From the NCBI GenBank assembly GCA_963748015.1, contig CAVVHE010000004.1, positions 256,001 through 320,000 on the forward strand: a stretch of 64,000 nucleotides of DNA, written 5' to 3'. The notes beneath the pieces were generated by a model, which saw only the letters and a program-made list of their open reading frames with translations, was not told the DNA's origin and did not search any database. Made by a program: the position numbers and the translations under genes. This DNA is from Terriglobia bacterium. GTDB taxonomy: Bacteria; Acidobacteriota; Polarisedimenticolia; Polarisedimenticolales; JAIQFR01. Numbering within the stretch: position 1 is the first letter of the stretch; every line of letters begins with the position of its first letter. This document shows positions 58,742 to 64,000 of this stretch, one piece after another.

Positions 58742-59608
58742 ATGGACGTGACGACCGTCGGAGCGCAGATCGAGGAGGCGATCCTTCGAGCCTCGATCAT
58801 GATTCCAAGGGACGTGGAGGACGCGCTCGCGCGCGCGGCGCAGAGGGAGGAGACCGACATCGCGCGCTCGCAGATGAAGGCGGTCCTCGAGGACGTGCAG
58901 ATCGCCCGGGACGAGAGGCGGCCGATCTGCCAGGACACGGGAATCGTGTCGTTCTACGTGACCGCGGGGTACGACTTCCCCCACACCGCCGCGATCGTGC
59001 GCCAGCTCGGCCGGAATCTCGTGAAGGCCACGAACGAGATCCCGCTGCGCCCCAACACCACCCATCCGCTCACCGGCTCGAACCCGGGGGACAACACCGG
59101 GCCGCACATGCCGATGGTGGACGTGATGTTCGCCGAGGGCGACACGCTGACGATCGACGTCCTGCCCAAGGGGGGCGGGAGCGAGAACCAGTCGTTCCTC
59201 TGGATGCTCACCCCCACCGAGGGGATCAAGGGGTTCAGGAAGCGGCTCGTGGACCACATCCAGAAGGCGGGGGGCAAGCCCTGCCCGCCGTTGATCCTGG
59301 GGATCGGCCTCGGCTCTCCGGCGGACTTGGCGCTCCGGCTCGCGAAGCGCGCGCTCGCGCGGCCGCTCGGCAAGCACCACCCCGAGAAGGCGATCGCGGA
59401 CCTCGAGGCCGCGATCGCGGACGATCTCAACGACCTCGGCGTCGGGCCGATGGGGCTCGGCGGCGTCACGACCGTCCTCGACGTGCACGTCGAGTACACC
59501 TACCGGCATCCGGCGTCCTACCCGGTCGCCCTGGCCGTCCAGTGCTGGGCGGACCGGCGGGCACGGGTGATCGTGAACAAGAACCTCGACGTCAGGGTCG
59601 AGCAGTAG
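58742..59608 (+). CDS. Class I fumarate hydratase / L-tartrate dehydratase alpha subunit
   Basis: PICQDTG, PKGGGSEN, KPCPP, GPMGLGG, HPAS, QCWA. Confidence 0.93.
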   Translation: MDVTTVGAQIEEAILRASIMIPRDVEDALARAAQREETDIARSQMKAVLEDVQIARDERRPICQDTGIVSFYVTAGYDFPHTAAIVRQLGRNLVKATNEIPLRPNTTHPLTGSNPGDNTGPHMPMVDVMFAEGDTLTIDVLPKGGGSENQSFLWMLTPTEGIKGFRKRLVDHIQKAGGKPCPPLILGIGLGSPADLALRLAKRALARPLGKHHPEKAIADLEAAIADDLNDLGVGPMGLGGVTTVLDVHVEYTYRHPASYPVALAVQCWADRRARVIVNKNLDVRVEQ

Positions 59609-59617
59609 GGGGCGGAG

Positions 59618-60199
59618 ATGGAATACACGCTCAAGACGCCGGTCTCGGACGCCGAGATCGAGAAGCTGCGGGCAGGGGACGTCGTCTATCTCGAGGGGAC
59701 CCTCTTCACCGCCCGCGACGAGGCGCACATGCACCTCTTGGAGCACGGGGTCGAGGGATTCGACCCGCGCGGCCTCGCGCTCTACCACTGCGGGCCCGTG
59801 ATGAAGCAGGTGAAGGGGGAGTGGCAGGCGGTGGCGGCGGGGCCGACCACGAGCGCGCGCATGGACTCGCTCGAGGCGCGCTTCCTCGAGAAGTTCGGAG
59901 CCAAGGTGATCGTCGGGAAGGGGAGCATGGGCTCCAAGACCCGCGACGCGCTGGTCAAGTACAAGGCGGTGTTCACCAATTTCACCGGGGGCGCCGGCGC
60001 GCTGGCCGCGAAGTCGCTGCCGCGCGTGAAGACGGTGCACCTGCTGAAGGAGCTGGGGATGGCCGAGGCGGTCTGGGTCTTCGAGACCGACCGGTTCGGA
60101 CCGCTGATCGTGACCATGGATTCGCACGGGAGGTCGCTGCACGACGAGATCGACGAGGCGACGCGCTCGCGGGCCGAGGAGATCAAGGCCCGTATCTGA
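59618..60199 (+). CDS. Class I fumarate hydratase / L-tartrate dehydratase beta subunit
   Basis: TARDEAH, HCGP, GPTTSARM, GKG, LGMAEA, MDSHG. Confidence 0.93.
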   Translation: MEYTLKTPVSDAEIEKLRAGDVVYLEGTLFTARDEAHMHLLEHGVEGFDPRGLALYHCGPVMKQVKGEWQAVAAGPTTSARMDSLEARFLEKFGAKVIVGKGSMGSKTRDALVKYKAVFTNFTGGAGALAAKSLPRVKTVHLLKELGMAEAVWVFETDRFGPLIVTMDSHGRSLHDEIDEATRSRAEEIKARI

Positions 60200-60200
60200 C

Positions 60201-60225
60201 GCTCCGTGTGCGCGGGAGTTTTTTT
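60201..60225 (+). terminator. Possible intrinsic terminator
   Basis: Weak GCTCC/GGAGT stem followed by a T7 run, right after the beta-subunit stop. Confidence 0.35.
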
Positions 60226-60251
60226 CGGCGTACGCTCGTGGTTGGGCGGGG

Positions 60252-60407
60252 GCGGGGCTCGCATGGGCGGGAGTCCCTCGCCGGGCACGCTCGCCGGTGC
60301 GCGTCTTGCCGCGCCGGCTCGCTCCTGTGAAGCGCACGCCCGCCAGGGAATAGCGGGCGCGCGCTTCACAGGGCCCGGCGAGGGACTCCCGCCCATGCGA
60401 GCCCCGC
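60252..60407. repeat. Nested palindromic element (~156 bp), same architecture as 389-547
   Basis: Perfect 35-bp outer arms 60252-60286/60373-60407. Inner 20-bp arms 60324-60343/60353-60372, loop CAGGGAATA. Confidence 0.9.
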
Positions 60408-60510
60408 GTGGTCCAGGGCCGCCGGGACTCTAAGCGGTCCGAAGAGGGACCACGGGGCACACCGCTCGCCAGTAGGCGGCGCTTCGCGCACGGCGAAGGA
60501 GAATACGCGC

Positions 60511-61515
60511 ATGGCGATCGATAGGGAACGGCGGAAGGTGATGCGGGCGCTGGTGGCGGGGGCGATCGGCCTCGCGGCGGCGCCGGCGCTCGCGGCGAAG
60601 GAGGGGGGCGGGGGTGACAAGGGCCCCGCGCCGGCGCCGAAGGGGCTCGTCGCGCGGGGGAAGCGCGAGGGGATCCTGGGCGAGAGGGGAGCGTCCGACG
60701 AGGCGAAGCTCGAGGATGCCCTGGGGAAGGCGGTGGCGCGCGCGGCGGGGGAGAAGGGGCCCGTCGAGGCGATGCGGCGCCTGTTCAAGCCCGCGGACGT
60801 GGTCGGGATCAAGCTGAACTGCATCGCCGGGAAAGGTCTTTCGCCCGATCCCAAGCTGGTCGGGTTCCTCGGGCGGTGGCTCGTGGCGGCGGGTCTGCCG
60901 CCGCGCAACGTGGTGCTCTGGGAGCGCACGGACCGGGAGCTGACCAAGGCGGGGTTCGCGATCCAGAGGGAAGGGAGCGCGATCCGGTGCTTCGGCACCA
61001 ACGAGGACTACGAGAAGACCCCGAGGGAGTGGGGGGCGGGCGGGTCCTGCTTCGCGCGCGTGCTCGCGGAGGAGTTCACGGCGCTGATCAACGTCGGTGT
61101 CCTCAAGGACCACGACCTCGCGGGGGTCTCGGTCGGGCTCAAGAACTGGTACGGCTCGATCCACAACCCGAACAAGCACCACGACGACGGCTGCAACCCG
61201 TACATCGCCCACCTCGCGGCGTTCCCGCTCATCCGCGACAAGCTGCGCCTGACCGTGATCGACGCGATGGCCCCGCAGTGCCATGGGGGACCTGCGCGGC
61301 AGCCGCGCTGGTCGTGGCCGTATCACGCCGTGCTCGCCTCGACGGACCCGGTCGCGATCGACGCGTTCGGCTGGAGCGTCATCGAGGCCCGCCGCAAGGA
61401 GGTCGGCCTCGATCCCCTGGCGAAGGAGAAGCGCGAGCCCCGGTACATCGCCGACGCGGCGAAGCTCGGCCTCGGCGAGGCCGAGCTCGCGAGGATCCGG
61501 GTGGAGGACGTGTGA
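60511..61515 (+). CDS. Second DUF362 domain protein with twin-arginine-like signal peptide
   Basis: ERRKVM..AAAPALA leader, VGIKLNC, VLKDH, LKNWYG, DPVAIDA. Confidence 0.87.
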   Translation: MAIDRERRKVMRALVAGAIGLAAAPALAAKEGGGGDKGPAPAPKGLVARGKREGILGERGASDEAKLEDALGKAVARAAGEKGPVEAMRRLFKPADVVGIKLNCIAGKGLSPDPKLVGFLGRWLVAAGLPPRNVVLWERTDRELTKAGFAIQREGSAIRCFGTNEDYEKTPREWGAGGSCFARVLAEEFTALINVGVLKDHDLAGVSVGLKNWYGSIHNPNKHHDDGCNPYIAHLAAFPLIRDKLRLTVIDAMAPQCHGGPARQPRWSWPYHAVLASTDPVAIDAFGWSVIEARRKEVGLDPLAKEKREPRYIADAAKLGLGEAELARIRVEDV

Positions 61516-62675
61516 CCGAGGCGGATCTCGAGCGCAGGAGGGTGCTCGGGGCCCTCCTCGCCGGCGGCGGCGCCTGCGCGCTGGCGCGGCTCGGGATCTC
61601 CGCCTCGCTCGCCCAGGACGCCGCGGCCGGAGCGGGCCCGAGCGTCCCGGCGGCGGACGACCTGTTGGCCCGCCCGGCGCGCTGGTTCAAGAAGCTCGAA
61701 GGCGCGAGGGTCGAGTGCGGTCTCTGCCCGCGGAAGTGCCGCGTCGCCGACATGGAGCGGGGCGCGTGCGGCGTGCGCGAGAACCGCGGCGGCGAGTACT
61801 TCACGCTGGTCCACTCCCGCCCGTGCTCGCTCCATCTCGATCCCGTCGAGAAGAAGCCGTTCTTTCACGTGCTTCCCGGGACGAGCTCGATGTCCCTCGC
61901 GACGGTGGGCTGCAACTTCGAGTGCAAGTTCTGCCAGAACTGGGAGATCGCGCAGGCCCGACCCGAGCAGGTCCCGGCGGCGGATGTGCCGCCGCGGCGT
62001 CTGGCGGAGCTCGCGAAGCAGTACGGCGCGCCGACGATCGCCTGCACGTACACCGAGCCGGTCGTCTGGGCCGAGTACGTGCACGACATCGCGGCGGCCG
62101 GGAAGAAGGCGGGGATCCGCACGCTGATGATCTCGAACGGGTACATCCAGCCGGAGCCGATGGGCGACCTCCTCGAGGTGCTCGGCGCGGTCAAGGTGGA
62201 TCTCAAGGCCTACACCGACAAGTTCTACCGCGTATCCTGCAAGGGCGAGCTGAAGCCGGTCCTCGACACGCTTCGACTGCTCCGGAAGAAGGGGACGTGG
62301 ACCGAGATCGTGGTGCTCGTCGTGCCGACGCTGAACGACGGCGAGCAGGAGCACCGCGAGCTGGCCCGCTTCGTCGCCGGCGAGCTCGGCCCGGACGTCC
62401 CGATCCACTTCACCCGATTCCACCCCGGCTACCGGCTGATGAACCTCCCGAAAACGCCCGTCCCGACGCTCGAGCGCGCCCGCGACATCGCGATGGCGGA
62501 GGGGGTTCGCTACGCCTACGTCGGCAACGTGCCGGGACACCCCGGCAACCATACGTATTGCCCGGGGTGCAAGGCCGTGGTGATCGAGCGAACCGGTCTC
62601 GCCGTCACCCGCAACGGCCTGATCCGGGGGAAGTGCCCGGGCTGCGCGCGCGAAATTCCCGGCATTTGGGTGTGA
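61512..62675 (+). CDS. amrS: AmmeMemoRadiSam radical SAM enzyme with twin-arginine-like leader
   Basis: CGLCPRKC..GACGVR, DPVEKKPFFH, GCNFECKFCQNW, TYTEP, PIHFTRFHP, YVGNVPG, TYCPGC. Confidence 0.93.
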   Translation: MTEADLERRRVLGALLAGGGACALARLGISASLAQDAAAGAGPSVPAADDLLARPARWFKKLEGARVECGLCPRKCRVADMERGACGVRENRGGEYFTLVHSRPCSLHLDPVEKKPFFHVLPGTSSMSLATVGCNFECKFCQNWEIAQARPEQVPAADVPPRRLAELAKQYGAPTIACTYTEPVVWAEYVHDIAAAGKKAGIRTLMISNGYIQPEPMGDLLEVLGAVKVDLKAYTDKFYRVSCKGELKPVLDTLRLLRKKGTWTEIVVLVVPTLNDGEQEHRELARFVAGELGPDVPIHFTRFHPGYRLMNLPKTPVPTLERARDIAMAEGVRYAYVGNVPGHPGNHTYCPGCKAVVIERTGLAVTRNGLIRGKCPGCAREIPGIWV

Positions 62676-62709
62676 CCCGGGCAATGTAGTCTGTGTCGGG
62701 GGGACGATC

Positions 62710-63507
62710 ATGGACGAGATCACGGTCCGGAGCTGGGGCGAGCTGCAGGAGCTCCTCTTCGCGGACTCCTGGCAGGAGACGCTGGGCCGTTTCAGGTCCC
62801 CCCTCGCGTTCCGTGGCGGGAACGACGCGAGGGCGGAGCTGAAGTCCGGGCTCCTCAAGCTCGGGGGCGCGCCGAGCCGCCAGGAGGGGCACCTCCTCCG
62901 CAACTTCCGCAAGTACGCCCACCGCGACGCGGTGCCCGGGGACTCCGTCTGGAACTGGCTCGCCCTAGGGCAGCACCACGGGCTGCCCACCCGGCTCCTC
63001 GACTGGTCGTTCTCGCCCTACGTCGCGCTGCACTTCGCGACCGAGGACACCGACCGCTACGCCCTCGACGGCGTGCTGTGGTGCATCGACTACGTGAAGA
63101 TCCACGAGCGGCTGCCGGCCCCGCTGCGCGCCGTCCTCGAGCACGAGGGGTCGAACGTCTTCACCGCGGAGATGCTCCAGAGGGTGGCTCCCTCGCTGGA
63201 GAGGTTCGACGCCCTGTCCTCCGAGCCGTTCGTGCTGTTCCTCGAGCCGCCGTCGCTCGACGACCGGATCGTGAACCAGTTCGCGCTGTTCTCCCTGATC
63301 TCGAACCCGACCGTCAGGTTCGATGCGTGGCTGCGCGAGCACCCCGGTCTCTGTCGCCGGCTCGTGCTGCCGGCCGGCCTCAAGTGGGAAGCCCGCGACA
63401 AGCTCGACCAGGCCAACCTCACCGAGCGTGTGCTCTTCCCCGGCCTCGACGGTCTGAGCCGCTGGCTGAAGCGCTACTACACCCCGACGCCGGAGCCGCG
63501 CGCCTGA
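62710..63507 (+). CDS. FRG domain protein
   Basis: AFRG, QHHGLPTRLLDWS..PYVALHFA, RIVNQ, LFPGLDG. Confidence 0.92.
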   Translation: MDEITVRSWGELQELLFADSWQETLGRFRSPLAFRGGNDARAELKSGLLKLGGAPSRQEGHLLRNFRKYAHRDAVPGDSVWNWLALGQHHGLPTRLLDWSFSPYVALHFATEDTDRYALDGVLWCIDYVKIHERLPAPLRAVLEHEGSNVFTAEMLQRVAPSLERFDALSSEPFVLFLEPPSLDDRIVNQFALFSLISNPTVRFDAWLREHPGLCRRLVLPAGLKWEARDKLDQANLTERVLFPGLDGLSRWLKRYYTPTPEPRA

Positions 63508-63522
63508 ATTCCGGCTCCCCAT

Positions 63523-63677
63523 GGTGGACGCGAGATTGTGGGATGTTCGGACGCGAGCCGACCCCATGCGATACGCTGTCCACCTGCGGACGCCCGCTCC
63601 CCCTTCATGACACGGAATCGAGCCTTTTGGGTTAGCTCGACCGCGACGCCTCCCGAACCCACAATCTCGCGTCCACC
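63523..63677. mobile_element. MITE-like element / IS remnant with 20-bp terminal inverted repeats
   Basis: GGTGGACGCGAGATTGTGGG 63523-63542 is the exact reverse complement of 63658-63677. The interior has lower GC; no clear target duplication. Confidence 0.55.
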
Positions 63678-63687
63678 CTGCGCGCGG

Positions 63688-63999
63688 TCAGGCGGTCCGC
63701 TTCGAGGGAGTCACGGCGAGCAGGATCGCGACGGCGGAGAGGCTCTGGAGGAGCGCGAGCACGAGGCAGGTGGCGCGCAGGCCCAGGGTCGGGACGAAGA
63801 GGACGGCGACCGATAGGGCGGCGAAGGCCGCGCCCGCGTGGTCGGCGGCCTCGACACGGGCGGCGGCGTCGCGGGCGCCCGCTCCGTGCGAGAGAAGGAC
63901 GCCGGCCGCTGCCGGGAACACCGTGCCGGTCGCGACACCCGAGAGGACCAGCAGGGCGCCGAGCGGCAGCGCGCCGCTCCATCTCGAGTCGGAGGCGGC
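63688..63999 (-). CDS. C-terminus of a polytopic membrane protein (possibly a spermidine-synthase-like fusion), truncated by window edge
   Basis: Open hydrophobic frame LVLSGVATGTVFP...EAADHAGAAFAAL...FVPTLG. Confidence 0.55.
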   Translation of the reverse strand, partial: AASDSRWSGALPLGALLVLSGVATGTVFPAAAGVLLSHGAGARDAAARVEAADHAGAAFAALSVAVLFVPTLGLRATCLVLALLQSLSAVAILLAVTPSKRTA

Positions 64000-64000
64000 G

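Overview
Very GC-rich bacterial chromosomal window. Gene content suggests an anaerobic or facultative Acidobacteriota- or deltaproteobacteria-like organism (inference only). About 48 real CDS are present; most long ORFs in the track are antisense or off-frame shadows. Known blocks: larE (partial), an S55 peptidase / beta-propeller / Opp-type ABC / S26 peptidase operon, argS, a RodZ-HEAT-TPR-PP2C operon, a K+ channel with an aldehyde dehydrogenase, an MgtE-N / two-NRAMP metal uptake cluster, a complete Rrf2-sufBCDSUT operon, asnB with an ArnT-like transferase, a B12 radical SAM enzyme and a two-subunit fumarate hydratase. Highlights: (1) a probable exported selenoprotein (DUF1573-like, P-G-UGA-G-C-T, with a hairpin 11 nt downstream) that the ORF track splits in two; (2) a sigma-54 driven module of two lysine-less GcvH-fold proteins, a 4Fe-4S subunit, an NrfD/HybB-triheme cytochrome fusion, a heme-motif histidine kinase, an NtrC-type regulator and archaemetzincin, with no catalytic subunit; (3) an AmmeMemoRadiSam/DUF362 cluster whose members carry export-like signals; (4) an intact IS1111-group IS110 whose 3' non-coding RNA contains segments matching its own target and donor sites; (5) several ~155 bp palindromic elements, two sharing linkers but not stems and one translated inside an OppA N-terminus. 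No rRNA, tRNA or CRISPR array was seen. Family assignments come from motif recognition by eye, not database searches.
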